Shown here in pieces: positions 42,232 to 52,004 of a stretch of DNA of 64,000 bases (its first letter is position 1; the number at the start of each line of letters is the position of its first letter). The notes under the pieces are model-generated. The model saw only the letters and a list, made by a program, of their open reading frames with translations, had not been told where the DNA came from and searched no databases. Origin of the DNA: Gammaproteobacteria bacterium (lineage in GTDB: Bacteria > Pseudomonadota > Gammaproteobacteria > Steroidobacterales > Steroidobacteraceae); contig JBBISV010000003.1 in NCBI GenBank assembly GCA_037441085.1, positions 695 through 64,694 of the forward strand, read 5' to 3'. Both the position numbers and the translations under genes were made by a program.

Positions 42232-44250
42232 TCAGAGCAAGGCGAGACCTTCGAAGAGTGCGCGATGCCTCGTGTCCGCCCGATAGAAAACCGGCGGCTG
42301 CCCGATCGGAGCCTCGACGTCGCACTGCGCGCCGCCGGCGTAAGTCCGCCCGCTCCACGCATGCACCCAGTCGACTCCGGCGGGCAGGTAGGTGCTCCAA
42401 CGCGACACGCCCGCATCCAGAACCGGTGCGACCAGGAGATCCGCGCCGAACAGGTAGGAGGTCTGGCCCTCGTAGGCACGCGAATCCTGTTCGAAATGCA
42501 GAAACAGCGGCCGCTGCAAGGGCAGTCCCGTGGCGGCGGCCTCGGTGCACAACTCGGCGAGATACGGAGCCAAATGACGATAGACCCTGGTCATCCGCGC
42601 GAAATGACTGAGCACCCGCGGATCCTGGTCGACTTGCAGATTGTCGCCCGGCCGGTTGCCTTCGTGTGTACGCATCACCGCGGTGAACGCCGCCATCTCG
42701 GCCCACCGCATGATGAGTTCCGCGGTGCGGGTGTTGCCGAATAGGCTGGTGTAGCCGCCGATGTCGCTGTGGTGGTAGGCATTGCCCAACAGGCCGGAGG
42801 ATAGTGCCGCACAGATCACGGTCTGCAGGCCGTCGTGGCGGCTGAAGTCGACCGATTGATCGCCGGCCCACAACAGCGGGCAATGCGCCTGGACGCCGGT
42901 GAAGCCGGCGCGCATGAAGAACAGCGTCTCGCCGGTCCTGCCGCGGCGCGAAACCGCATCCGCATTGACCTTGGCCCAGATCACCGGCCACGCGTTGTGC
43001 GCCAACATGCCGTCGAGGCCGCTCCACAGGCGCACGTCGATCGGCAGATATTCGCCGAAATCGGCCATCCAGCCGGACAGGCCGAAGTCCAGCATGTTGC
43101 GGCCGATCACCCGCTCCTCGAACCATTCGGCCGCCGCGGAGTTCGTGAAGTCGACGATTCCGCAGTCGAATTCGCCGAAATCGAGGAGGTACGGTTCGTC
43201 GCGATCGATGCGCCTGGCGAGATAGCCGGCCGCGGCCGCCTCGGCGTACAGTTCGCCGTCGGTGCAAAGATACGGGTTCACGTAACCGAGGAAGCGGATG
43301 CCGCGCGCGGCCAGCTCCGGGATGCGCCGGTCCAGATCCGGATACCGCTGCCGGTTCCAACTCCAGTTCCAGAACAAGCGCCGGCCGAACGAAGTCTCGC
43401 GGACACCGACCCAGTCTTCGCACCACAGTCCGCTGATCGCGGCCCCGGCTTCGACATATCGTTCCAGCCGCTCGAGGCTGCGCGCGCCGTCCTTCAGGCC
43501 GATGATCGCGCCGGCGCGAACCCAGGCGGGCAATTCGGGTTGGCGGCCGAAGCGTGTCGACAGCGTACCCACGAGATCCACGAACCGATCGGCCCGCCAG
43601 ATCTCGACCTGCCGCGGGAGCGCCCAGACTTCGATCTCGTGAAATTCGCGATGCCTGAAATCGAAGACCGTGTAGGCGGTGCCTTCGACGTGGAGCGCGT
43701 AGTGTTCGGACGAGAGATAGGTCGGCTGGGGATAATTCGTGGTGTAGTAGTCACCGCCGCCGCCGTTGCGACAATCGGCCTCGAACGTGATGCGGGTGGA
43801 TTTGTCGCGTCCGACGCCGGGCTCCGAGGTCCACAGCGGGAACCGGCGTCCCCGCAGGTCGAAATACGACAACTGCTCGCCGCCGCCCCAGATTCTCTCG
43901 CCTTCGCCGGCCGCGATGCGCAGCCAGAAGCGGTTCAGCCCGGCCATGGCCTCCAGGAACACGAGCGCGAGACCGCCGCCGGATTCCTCCACCTCGATGC
44001 GCACCGCCGGCGGATCCGCCGGCGACGCGGCGAGCGCGATGCGCACGCGCGAGTCCGACCGGTCGACGGCCGAGTGCGTCAGCGGAATTCGCGCGATGAG
44101 ATAGTCGTCGATGCGAAAATTGCCGTGGTTCATGCGCACCGACGGCTCGCCGGCCCCAACGTACATGCACGGCTCGGAGCGTCGATGCCGCAGCACGGTC
44201 AAGCCCGCCACGACGACGTCGAATCCATCCGGGTGATCGATTACCGGCAT
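42232..44250 (-). CDS. yihQ: GH31 sulfoquinovosidase (YihQ-like)
   Basis: 672 aa, colinear with my recollection of E. coli YihQ (GEQLSYFDLRGRRFPLWTSEPGVGR, GDYYTT.YPQPT, FGRQPELP, NPY, FFMRAG, RTHEGNRPGDN, PIGQPPVFYR). Catalytic GWMADFGEY (Asp397) and WAGDQ (Asp464) are present. The sulfonate-pocket residues are GRRLFW (Arg291, Trp294; codons about 43369-43380) and HSDIGGY (Tyr500). Confidence 0.85.
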   Translation of the reverse strand: MPVIDHPDGFDVVVAGLTVLRHRRSEPCMYVGAGEPSVRMNHGNFRIDDYLIARIPLTHSAVDRSDSRVRIALAASPADPPAVRIEVEESGGGLALVFLEAMAGLNRFWLRIAAGEGERIWGGGEQLSYFDLRGRRFPLWTSEPGVGRDKSTRITFEADCRNGGGGDYYTTNYPQPTYLSSEHYALHVEGTAYTVFDFRHREFHEIEVWALPRQVEIWRADRFVDLVGTLSTRFGRQPELPAWVRAGAIIGLKDGARSLERLERYVEAGAAISGLWCEDWVGVRETSFGRRLFWNWSWNRQRYPDLDRRIPELAARGIRFLGYVNPYLCTDGELYAEAAAAGYLARRIDRDEPYLLDFGEFDCGIVDFTNSAAAEWFEERVIGRNMLDFGLSGWMADFGEYLPIDVRLWSGLDGMLAHNAWPVIWAKVNADAVSRRGRTGETLFFMRAGFTGVQAHCPLLWAGDQSVDFSRHDGLQTVICAALSSGLLGNAYHHSDIGGYTSLFGNTRTAELIMRWAEMAAFTAVMRTHEGNRPGDNLQVDQDPRVLSHFARMTRVYRHLAPYLAELCTEAAATGLPLQRPLFLHFEQDSRAYEGQTSYLFGADLLVAPVLDAGVSRWSTYLPAGVDWVHAWSGRTYAGGAQCDVEAPIGQPPVFYRADTRHRALFEGLALL

Positions 44251-44287
44251 TTCAATCGGTCCATTCCAAGGACTCCAACAGCGGATA

Positions 44288-44341
44288 GGGAGCGGACGGT
44301 CCGGCGGGGACTCGAGGGGGGGCCGCCGCCCCGCCCGCTCC
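44288..44341 (-). terminator. GC-rich nested hairpin between receptor and sulfoquinovosidase genes (terminator or attenuator candidate)
   Basis: GGGAGCGG (44288-44295) pairs with CCGCTCC(C) (44334-44341), and inner GGCGGGG pairs with CCCCGCC. No U-tract. It lies in the 114-bp gap after the receptor stop. Confidence 0.25.
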
Positions 44342-44364
44342 GTACTCGTCAGGTCAGCGCAAAC

Positions 44365-46791
44365 TCAGTGCCCACCGCCGAACTTCGCATGGAACTCGAT
44401 CCCGTAGTAGCGATTCGCATCCCGCGGAACGAAATACTGGATGCTGCCGCCGGGCCCGCCGGTCTGGGCGAACGAAGCGTAGCTCGTGTTGCTGATGTTC
44501 TTCACGACCGCCGTCAGGGTCATGCGATGGTCGTGGTCGCTGAACGCCAGACTCGCGTTCCACATGCCATAGCCGTGCAGCCGCAGATAGGGATTCTCGC
44601 CTCCGTTGGGGCAGTACGAGGTCGTGCAGGTTGCGAAGTCCGCGTACTGCACGCTCTGGTAGCTGTAGTCGCTCGCGAGCGTCAGGTCGAAAGGCAGACC
44701 CGCCGACCAGGTGTAGTCGGTCCCGACGTTGCCCTTGAACTTCGGGGCGAACGGCAGGGCGCTGCCGCTCGCGGCAACGGCGTGCGGATTCGCCCCGGCC
44801 GGCGCATTGAAGTTCGTCACATGGGCATCCGCGTACGTGACGCCGCCGTTGACGTTCCAGGCGCTCGAGACGTGCGCGGCGCCGGTGAACTCGAAGCCCT
44901 GGCTCACGACCGATCCCGCATTGGTCAGCTGCGTGATCACCACGCCGTTCAGCACCGTCGGGCTGTTGGCCTGGAAGTTCTGGAATTCCTCGCGAAACAC
45001 GTCGGCGTTCAGATAGGCCTCGCCGCCGAGCAACGTCGACTTCAGGCCAAGTTCGTACGCGGTCGAGGTCTCGGGTGCGAGCGGCGCGGACTGCAGGTTG
45101 TTCTGGTTGAAGTAGACGTTGTAGGCGGGACCCTTGTAACCCCTGGCCCAGGTCAGGTACGTCATCTCATCGTGCGTCAGGTCCCACTGCACGCCGGCCT
45201 TGCCGGACAGGTTCGACCGCGACGTCGAACCGCTGCCCTGGAACGGCAGGCAATTCGGCTGAGGGGTGCAATTCGCCGCGATCACGCCGCCGCCGCCGAT
45301 GGGCGAGAGCGTGTAATTGTGGGATTGGGTCAGCTCGTCGTGCGTCTCGCGCAGACCGATGATCCCGCGGAACGTGTCGCTGAAGTGCAGCGTACCCTGG
45401 CCGTAGGCGGCCACGCTGACGGCGGTCGAACCGAAGGTCGCACTGGCCGCGGGCGAGATGTAGGTCGACGCACCCGGCTGGCAGGGCGCGAGCCCGGTCG
45501 CGTCCGGGGCGAGCGTCGTCGAGGTGCAGACCATGTCGTTGCGCTGGAAGTAGCGGTTCTGAACGTTGTGATAGTAGAAGAGTCCGCCGACGTACTCGAA
45601 GAACTGGTCGGCCGGCGAGGCGATGCGCACCTCCTCCGTCAGGGTCGAGGTCGTCTGCGGACCGATGTCGTGCACCATGCCGAACGCGCCGCCGACGTAG
45701 GCGGCCGTCACCGGCAGGTTGTCGCCCTCGCGGATCTCGTTGAACCACCAGTAACGGTAGGCGAGGATGTTGGTCAGCGTGTAGCCGCCATTCGACCAGT
45801 CCGTCTGCAGGGACAAGCCGCGTTCACGCTCGAGGCTCTGCGTCACCAGGCTGTCGTCGACGGTCCGCGTCTTGTCGCCCTGGTAGCTGCTGCCGGCCAG
45901 GATGCTCTGCAGTGCGCCCGCAATCGTCGCCGAGGTGCCGGGCGGCGTGCCGGGTGGCGTGCCGGTCACGAATGCACAGCAGTTGTCATTCGACTCGCGC
46001 CAGTCGCCGATGAACGTGAACTTCAGTGCGTCCGAGGCGTTCCACTTCCAAATCGAGCGGATGCCCCGGTGATCGTAGCCGTTGATCTTGCTGGTGCCGG
46101 AATTGACCGAGGGCTGGTACAGGTTCGTCAGGTTGCCGTCGTACCGCCCCATGAACACCGTGGTGCGGGTGAGGAAATTGTCGGACACCGGCAGATCCAC
46201 AGACGCGCGGGTACGCTGCTCGTTGCCCTCGAAGTAGGCGACATCGACGGCGGCATCGAAGGTTTTGCGCGGCATCACCGAGACGACGTTGATCACGCCG
46301 GCCGATGAATTCTTGCCGAAGAGCGTGCCCTGCGGACCCGGAATGACCTCCATGCGCGCGACGTCGAACAGGTCGCCGAACGCCTGGCCCGAGGTGCCCA
46401 TGACGACGCCGTCGAGCACGTAACCGACGCTCGGTTCCGCGCCCAGCGCGAAGTTGATCGTGCCGACGCCCCGCAGGAACAGGGAGGTGTTGAACGGAAT
46501 GTCGCCTTTGTGGAAGGTGACGCCCGGGACCTGGTTCAGCAAACCTTCCATGTTGATCGCGGCGCTGCGTTCGATTTGTTCGCCGGTGTAAACCGCGACG
46601 GCCGCCGGCACCTCCTGCAGGCGTTCGGCGCGCTTCTGCGCCGTGACGACGATCTCGCCGAGCTGCCCGGTGTCGGCCGCCGGGGTGGCGGCCTGGCCCG
46701 ATTGGGCGATCGCGCCGCCGGATGTCATCAAGCCCGCGCCCGCGATTGCGGCGACGGCGATCGTACGAAGTTTCAAGAGAACCTCAGCCAT
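44365..46791 (-). CDS. TonB-dependent receptor
   Basis: 808 aa from ATG 46791 (MAEVLLKLRTIAVAAIAGAGLMTSGGAIAQ), with plug motifs LGEIVVTAQKRAERLQEVPAAVAVY and MEVIPGPQGTLFGKNSSAG and a long barrel. Confidence 0.9.
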   Translation of the reverse strand: MAEVLLKLRTIAVAAIAGAGLMTSGGAIAQSGQAATPAADTGQLGEIVVTAQKRAERLQEVPAAVAVYTGEQIERSAAINMEGLLNQVPGVTFHKGDIPFNTSLFLRGVGTINFALGAEPSVGYVLDGVVMGTSGQAFGDLFDVARMEVIPGPQGTLFGKNSSAGVINVVSVMPRKTFDAAVDVAYFEGNEQRTRASVDLPVSDNFLTRTTVFMGRYDGNLTNLYQPSVNSGTSKINGYDHRGIRSIWKWNASDALKFTFIGDWRESNDNCCAFVTGTPPGTPPGTSATIAGALQSILAGSSYQGDKTRTVDDSLVTQSLERERGLSLQTDWSNGGYTLTNILAYRYWWFNEIREGDNLPVTAAYVGGAFGMVHDIGPQTTSTLTEEVRIASPADQFFEYVGGLFYYHNVQNRYFQRNDMVCTSTTLAPDATGLAPCQPGASTYISPAASATFGSTAVSVAAYGQGTLHFSDTFRGIIGLRETHDELTQSHNYTLSPIGGGGVIAANCTPQPNCLPFQGSGSTSRSNLSGKAGVQWDLTHDEMTYLTWARGYKGPAYNVYFNQNNLQSAPLAPETSTAYELGLKSTLLGGEAYLNADVFREEFQNFQANSPTVLNGVVITQLTNAGSVVSQGFEFTGAAHVSSAWNVNGGVTYADAHVTNFNAPAGANPHAVAASGSALPFAPKFKGNVGTDYTWSAGLPFDLTLASDYSYQSVQYADFATCTTSYCPNGGENPYLRLHGYGMWNASLAFSDHDHRMTLTAVVKNISNTSYASFAQTGGPGGSIQYFVPRDANRYYGIEFHAKFGGGH

Positions 46792-46910
46792 GACTCCCCC
46801 TTCTGAATTGGCCAATCCGCTGCGCGTTCGTGTAGCTTGCGAACCACACAGGGCTCGTGCTGACGGCATTTCTATGGTGGCGAACATAGCATGGATATTA
46901 TTAGTGATAC

Positions 46911-46928
46911 AACTCTTATATCAGAGTT
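46911..46928. promoter_or_regulatory. inverted repeat AACTCT-TATATC-AGAGTT in the receptor/MFS divergent promoter region (candidate GntR operator)
   Basis: Perfect 6-bp arms inside an AT-rich patch (46891-46935) of an otherwise GC-rich 244-bp intergenic region. It shares TCTTATATC and AGAGTTA with the 55480-55536 region. Confidence 0.35.
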
Positions 46929-47035
46929 AATATGGACGCCGCGCCACCTGCCGACGAACATCAACAAGGAACGGGGCGCGGGGCTGCCGCAGCGGCGATT
47001 TAACCGATGCCGCGACAACTGGAGGGGGAGGGACA

Positions 47036-48370
47036 TTGAACTTCACGCATCTGCCTGACCAGGACAATCGGCCGGACGCGGCCCGCACGGAGGATCCCGT
47101 GGCCGCGTCCGGCCGGAACGGCGCGCCGGGCTGGGTGCGATGGATGTTTCTCGCGCTGATCGTGTCGGCGAACATGATCAATTATGTCGACCGGGAAATC
47201 ATCGCCCTGCTGAAACCGCTGCTCGAAACGCGGTTCCACTGGAGCGACATGGACTACGGTCACGTCGTATCCGCGTTTCAATTATCGGCCGTGGTCGCCT
47301 ACATGGGCGCGGGCTGGTTCATCGACCGCGTCGGGTTGCGCTTCGGTTACCCGATCGCCGTGGCCGCCTGGAGCGCCGTCGCGATGGCGCATTCCGCGGC
47401 GCGTTCCGTGATTGCGTTCGTGGGATTGCGGTCCCTGCTCGGCGCGACGGAGGCGGCCCAGACGCCGGCGGCGGTCAAGACCATCGCCCATTGGTTCTCG
47501 ACGCGCGAACGCGCGCTTGCGCTCGGATTCATGAACACCGGCTCGAACCTCGGCCCGATCGTCACGCCGCTGATCGTGCCGCCGATCGTGCTCGCGTTTG
47601 GATGGCGCGCCGCCTTCCTGATCACCGGCGGACTCGGTTTCGTCTGGCTGATCGCCTGGTTCGCCGCCTATGCCGCCCGGCCGTCCGATCCGCGCGAACG
47701 GTCGTCGACGAGCCCCGCGCCCGCGCTCATCCCGAAGGCCCCGGGGCTCCGATGGACCCGTCTGCTTGCCAGCCGGCGTGTCTGGGCGGTTGCCGGCGCG
47801 AAATTGCTCACCGACCCGGTCTGGTGGTTTTTGTTGTTCTGGCTGCCGGACTTCATGCATCGCCGATACGGCCTGAACCTGCGCACGTTCGGCGTGCCGC
47901 TCGCCGCGATCTACGTGCTCGCCTCGGTCGGCGCGCTCGGCGGCGGCGTGCTGCCCGCCCGCATGCTGGCCCGCGGATCGAGCCTGAATGCGGCGCGCAA
48001 AACGACGCTGCTGATCTGCGCGATCGCGGTGACCGCGCTGCCCCTGGTCTTTCGCGTGGACAGCTACTGGTACGCGGTCCTCATCATCGGGCTGGCGCTC
48101 GCGGCTCACCAGGGATTCTCGACCAACGTGTTCGCGCTCGCGGCGGACATGTTCCCCGACGAGTCGGTCGGAACGGTGGTCGGAATCGGTGCATTGTTCG
48201 GCAACCTCGGCGGACTCGCGATCCTCGAATTCACCGGCTGGCAGGTTTCGCGGTCCGGCGGCTACTGGCCGATCTTCGCGTATTGCGCGGTCGCGTACCT
48301 GGCGGCGCTCGCATTGATCCACGCGTTGGTGCCGCGCATAGTCACGGTGCACGATCAAGCCGCGTCCTGA
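47036..48370 (+). CDS. MFS transporter, anion:cation symporter (ExuT/hexuronate-like) family
   Basis: 444 aa from TTG 47036, preceded by GGAGGGGGAGGG. It has 12 predicted TMs and the family-typical INYVDREIIALLKP and WFSTRERALALGF motifs. Internal starts around 47143 are possible. Confidence 0.85.
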   Translation: MNFTHLPDQDNRPDAARTEDPVAASGRNGAPGWVRWMFLALIVSANMINYVDREIIALLKPLLETRFHWSDMDYGHVVSAFQLSAVVAYMGAGWFIDRVGLRFGYPIAVAAWSAVAMAHSAARSVIAFVGLRSLLGATEAAQTPAAVKTIAHWFSTRERALALGFMNTGSNLGPIVTPLIVPPIVLAFGWRAAFLITGGLGFVWLIAWFAAYAARPSDPRERSSTSPAPALIPKAPGLRWTRLLASRRVWAVAGAKLLTDPVWWFLLFWLPDFMHRRYGLNLRTFGVPLAAIYVLASVGALGGGVLPARMLARGSSLNAARKTTLLICAIAVTALPLVFRVDSYWYAVLIIGLALAAHQGFSTNVFALAADMFPDESVGTVVGIGALFGNLGGLAILEFTGWQVSRSGGYWPIFAYCAVAYLAALALIHALVPRIVTVHDQAAS

Positions 48371-48396
48371 AAGCCCCACCAGAAGGAAGATCACAC

Positions 48397-49530
48397 GTGC
48401 CAGACCATTCGACCAGCCGCGCGTCACGATTCGCGGCTTTCGGCGCGATCGCGGTGCTGTCGGCGGGCGCGGTCGCCGCACCGGCGCAACCGGCGGATCG
48501 ACCGGCGATACCGGAGTCGAACAGCAGTTTCCTCGACGCCGCGGGCACCGCCCACGTGACCAGGGTCGTGCCGATCCCGACGACGATCAGCGCCGAGGCC
48601 CGGGCCTTCCTCGCGCGCAAGCCACCGAACCTCGGCGCCATGACGCTCGCCGAGCGGCGCCGGCAGACCGACTTCTGGCAGGCCGCGCGCGCCGCGCGCT
48701 TCGAGGCGAGGTATCCGGTGCGCGTCAGCGAGCGCACGATGGGCGGGGTGCCGGTGAGGATCGTCTCGCCGTTGCGCATTCCGGCGGAGAATCGCGGCCG
48801 GGTCCTGATCAACCTGCACGGAGGCGGCTTCGACTCCGATTCCGGATCGCTGACCGAAACCGTGCCGATCGCGAACCTCACTCGGACCGAGGTCGTCGCG
48901 GTGCTGTACCGGCTGCAGCCGGAACACCCCTTCCCCGCCCAAATCGACGACGCCATCGCGGTCTACCGTCGGCTGCTCGAGCGCTACCAACCGCGGCACA
49001 TCTGCATCTACGGAACTTCCGCCGGCGCCATTCTGACTCCGCAGGTCGCCGTCCGGCTCCGCCAACTCGGCCTGCCACTGCCCGGCTGCCTCGGAGTCTT
49101 CTCCGGTGTCGGCGATTTCAGCCGGCGGGGCGACTCCCAGTCGATCTTCGGCCTGTTCGGCCTGTCGGGACCGCTCGGACTGCCGCGGGATCCGCCGCGC
49201 GCCGCCGGTGCCGCCGGTGCCGCCGGTGCCGCGCAGCCGGCGCCCGTGAACCTGAAGGATCCTCTGCGTTCGCCGCTGTACGCGGATCTGCACGGCTTCC
49301 CGCCGACGCTGTTCGTCTCGAGCGAGCGGGACATGCTGCTCAGCGGGACGACGATCCTGCACAGGGCGTTCCTCCGCGCCGGAGTCGATGCGCGCCTCGT
49401 CGTATTCGAAGGACTGCCGCACGCGTTCTGGAACCATCCGGGCCTTCCGGAAACGAACGAGGCGGATGAAATCATGGCCGCGTTCTTCGATCGGCACCTC
49501 GGCAACCATTCAGGCTCGACGCGGCCGTGA
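48397..49530 (+). CDS. secreted alpha/beta hydrolase fold-3 esterase/lipase (HSL-like)
   Basis: 377 aa from GTG 48397, with AAGGAAG 7 nt upstream. It has a signal-like N-terminus RFAAFGAIAVLSAGAVAAPAQP, the oxyanion motif LHGGGF, the nucleophile elbow GTSAGA and a C-terminal HAF His region. Confidence 0.8.
   Translation: MPDHSTSRASRFAAFGAIAVLSAGAVAAPAQPADRPAIPESNSSFLDAAGTAHVTRVVPIPTTISAEARAFLARKPPNLGAMTLAERRRQTDFWQAARAARFEARYPVRVSERTMGGVPVRIVSPLRIPAENRGRVLINLHGGGFDSDSGSLTETVPIANLTRTEVVAVLYRLQPEHPFPAQIDDAIAVYRRLLERYQPRHICIYGTSAGAILTPQVAVRLRQLGLPLPGCLGVFSGVGDFSRRGDSQSIFGLFGLSGPLGLPRDPPRAAGAAGAAGAAQPAPVNLKDPLRSPLYADLHGFPPTLFVSSERDMLLSGTTILHRAFLRAGVDARLVVFEGLPHAFWNHPGLPETNEADEIMAAFFDRHLGNHSGSTRP
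49201..49227 (+). repeat. in-frame 9-bp tandem repeat (GCCGCCGGT x3) inside the esterase gene
   Basis: Read directly: gccgccggt gccgccggt gccgccggt followed by gccgc. It encodes AAGAAGAAG in a loop-like region. Confidence 0.9.
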
Positions 49531-49594
49531 GGCCTCCGGCCGCAACGGGCTTGCTGAGGGTAGAATCACGTCCACCGATTGGAGAGGCAGAGAC

Positions 49595-50314
49595 GTGACA
49601 GACACCCCCGGCTATCGGCCGTTGTACCGCCAGGTCTACGACATCCTGGTGAATCGCGTGGTTCAGGGCGCTTGGCGGCCCGGCGAATCGCTGCCGAGCG
49701 AACAGAGCCTCGCGAAGGAGCTCGGCGTGAGCCAGGGCACGGTGCGCAAGGTGCTCGACGCGCTGACCGCCGAGAAGCTGCTCGAACGGCGACAGGGGAA
49801 GGGCACCTATATCGCCGAGCACACCCAGGAACGCGCCTTGTTCCGCTTCTTCCGCATTTCCCGGCCCGGCGGCGAGCGCCTGAAGCCCGAGCGCACGAGC
49901 GAGGCGGTCCGGGTGCGCGCGGCGCGCGCCGCCGAACGCGCCAAGCTCGACCTGGAGCGCGACGCCCGGGTCGTCGAGATCACGCGGACGCGCCTGATCA
50001 ACGGCGATCCGGCGCTGCACGAGGTCATCATCGTGCCGGCGCAGCTGTTCCCAGGCATCGAGAAGCGCGCGGCGCTGCCGAACACCTTGTATTCCTTGTA
50101 CCAGACCGACTACGGGATCAACATCGTGTCGGCGCACGAGGAGGTGCACGCCGAACTCGCGACCGCCGTCGACCACCGGATCCTCGGGGTCGCGGTCGCG
50201 AGCCCGATCCTCGTGATCGACCGCCTCGCGCTGTCGCTGCAGGATCGCAAGGTCGAGTGGCGCGTCAGCCGCCTGAAGTCCGACAACCTGGTCTACGCGG
50301 TGACGCTGGCCTGA
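49595..50314 (+). CDS. GntR family transcriptional regulator, HutC subfamily (UTRA effector domain)
   Basis: 239 aa from GTG 49595, with GGAGAGG 7 nt upstream. The wHTH is LPSEQSLAKELGVSQGTVRKVLDALTAEKLLERRQGKGTYI. The C-terminal fold looks UTRA-like. Confidence 0.85.
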   Translation: MTDTPGYRPLYRQVYDILVNRVVQGAWRPGESLPSEQSLAKELGVSQGTVRKVLDALTAEKLLERRQGKGTYIAEHTQERALFRFFRISRPGGERLKPERTSEAVRVRAARAAERAKLDLERDARVVEITRTRLINGDPALHEVIIVPAQLFPGIEKRAALPNTLYSLYQTDYGINIVSAHEEVHAELATAVDHRILGVAVASPILVIDRLALSLQDRKVEWRVSRLKSDNLVYAVTLA

Positions 50315-50318
50315 CCGC

Positions 50319-51122
<804 letters not shown>

Positions 51123-52004
51123 TCAGACCTTGGGGTCGAAACTCTGCGACGGCAGGCCCGCGACGCCGGCGTCGAGCGCGTACAGGCCGCCGCCGGTGCC
51201 GTCCGCGTGCCGCGCGGTGGTGACATAGAGGGTCGCGAGATCCGGCCCGCCGAACGCCGGCATCGTCGGCGAGCGCGCCGGAATCGGATACTCGGCCATC
51301 AGGCCGCCGTCCGGGTCGTAGCGACACACCCGCCCGCCTTCGTAGAGCGCGCTCCAGTAACAGCCCTCGACATCGACCGCGGCGCCGTCGGGCCGGCCGC
51401 GATCGGTCGCGGTCGGCTCCAGCCGCACGAACACACGGCGGTTCGAGATCCCGCCCGTCGTCACGTCGTAGTCGTAACGGTAGACGACGAAGCGCGGCGT
51501 GTCGGCGTGATACAGGCTGCGGCCGTCGGGCGAGAAGGCGAGCCCGTTCGAGGTCATCAAGCCCTCGGCGAGGCGCGTCAGGCCGCGGCGATCGAAGCGA
51601 TACAGACCCGCGCGGCCACCCGCCTTCGGCTCGTCGATCGTACCGACCAACAGCCGGCCGACCGGGTCGACGCGCCCGTCATTGAACCGGCTCACGGCCG
51701 TCTCTTCGGGGTTGCCGGCGAGCATCACATCCTTCTGACCCGACGCGCGCAGGCGCCAGATTCCCGAACGCAGCGCGCCTATGAATCCACCGTCGACGGC
51801 CGGCGCGATGCAGCCGATCGCCTCGTCTAGTTCGTGCGCGATGCAGGTCCCACGCACCGGATCATGGCGGAACCAGCGGCCGGCGGGCACATCGACGAAC
51901 AACAGTTCGCCGGACTCACGCATCCAGACCGGCGACTCGCCGAGCGCGCAGCGGCAATCGAGCACGAGCCGGAACGCGCGCGTTCGCGCCGTCGCCCCGC
52001 TCAT
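51123..52004 (-). CDS. SMP-30/gluconolactonase/LRE family lactonase; candidate 6-deoxy-6-sulfogluconolactonase
   Basis: 293 aa with six-bladed propeller-type repeats (GESPVW, NDGRVDP, SNGLAFSPDG, PDGAAVD). Its start overlaps the epimerase stop (ATGA). Confidence 0.9.
   Translation of the reverse strand: MSGATARTRAFRLVLDCRCALGESPVWMRESGELLFVDVPAGRWFRHDPVRGTCIAHELDEAIGCIAPAVDGGFIGALRSGIWRLRASGQKDVMLAGNPEETAVSRFNDGRVDPVGRLLVGTIDEPKAGGRAGLYRFDRRGLTRLAEGLMTSNGLAFSPDGRSLYHADTPRFVVYRYDYDVTTGGISNRRVFVRLEPTATDRGRPDGAAVDVEGCYWSALYEGGRVCRYDPDGGLMAEYPIPARSPTMPAFGGPDLATLYVTTARHADGTGGGLYALDAGVAGLPSQSFDPKV

Noticed and set aside
40655-43426. 923-aa ORF suggesting a giant GlpD fusion, and analogous long N-terminal extensions of ORFs at 2475-3722, 7870-10941, 17907-19196, 18970-20646, 23936-27346, 52898-54373 and 53713-55854
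   Set aside because: The extensions are Arg-rich, overlap the neighbouring upstream genes and precede internal starts that give canonical N-termini (FAD fold, signal peptides, lipoboxes). All were trimmed to the internal starts.
42835-46308. 1157-aa plus-strand ORF, plus similar ones at 5752-7755, 7774-10515, 10841-12571 (minus), 36828-38510 and 53791-55110
   Set aside because: These are the same high-GC antisense artefact. Each is fully covered by an opposite-strand gene with strong homology-type evidence (GH31, TonB receptor, CoA ligase, kinase subunit, sulfatase, dehydratase).
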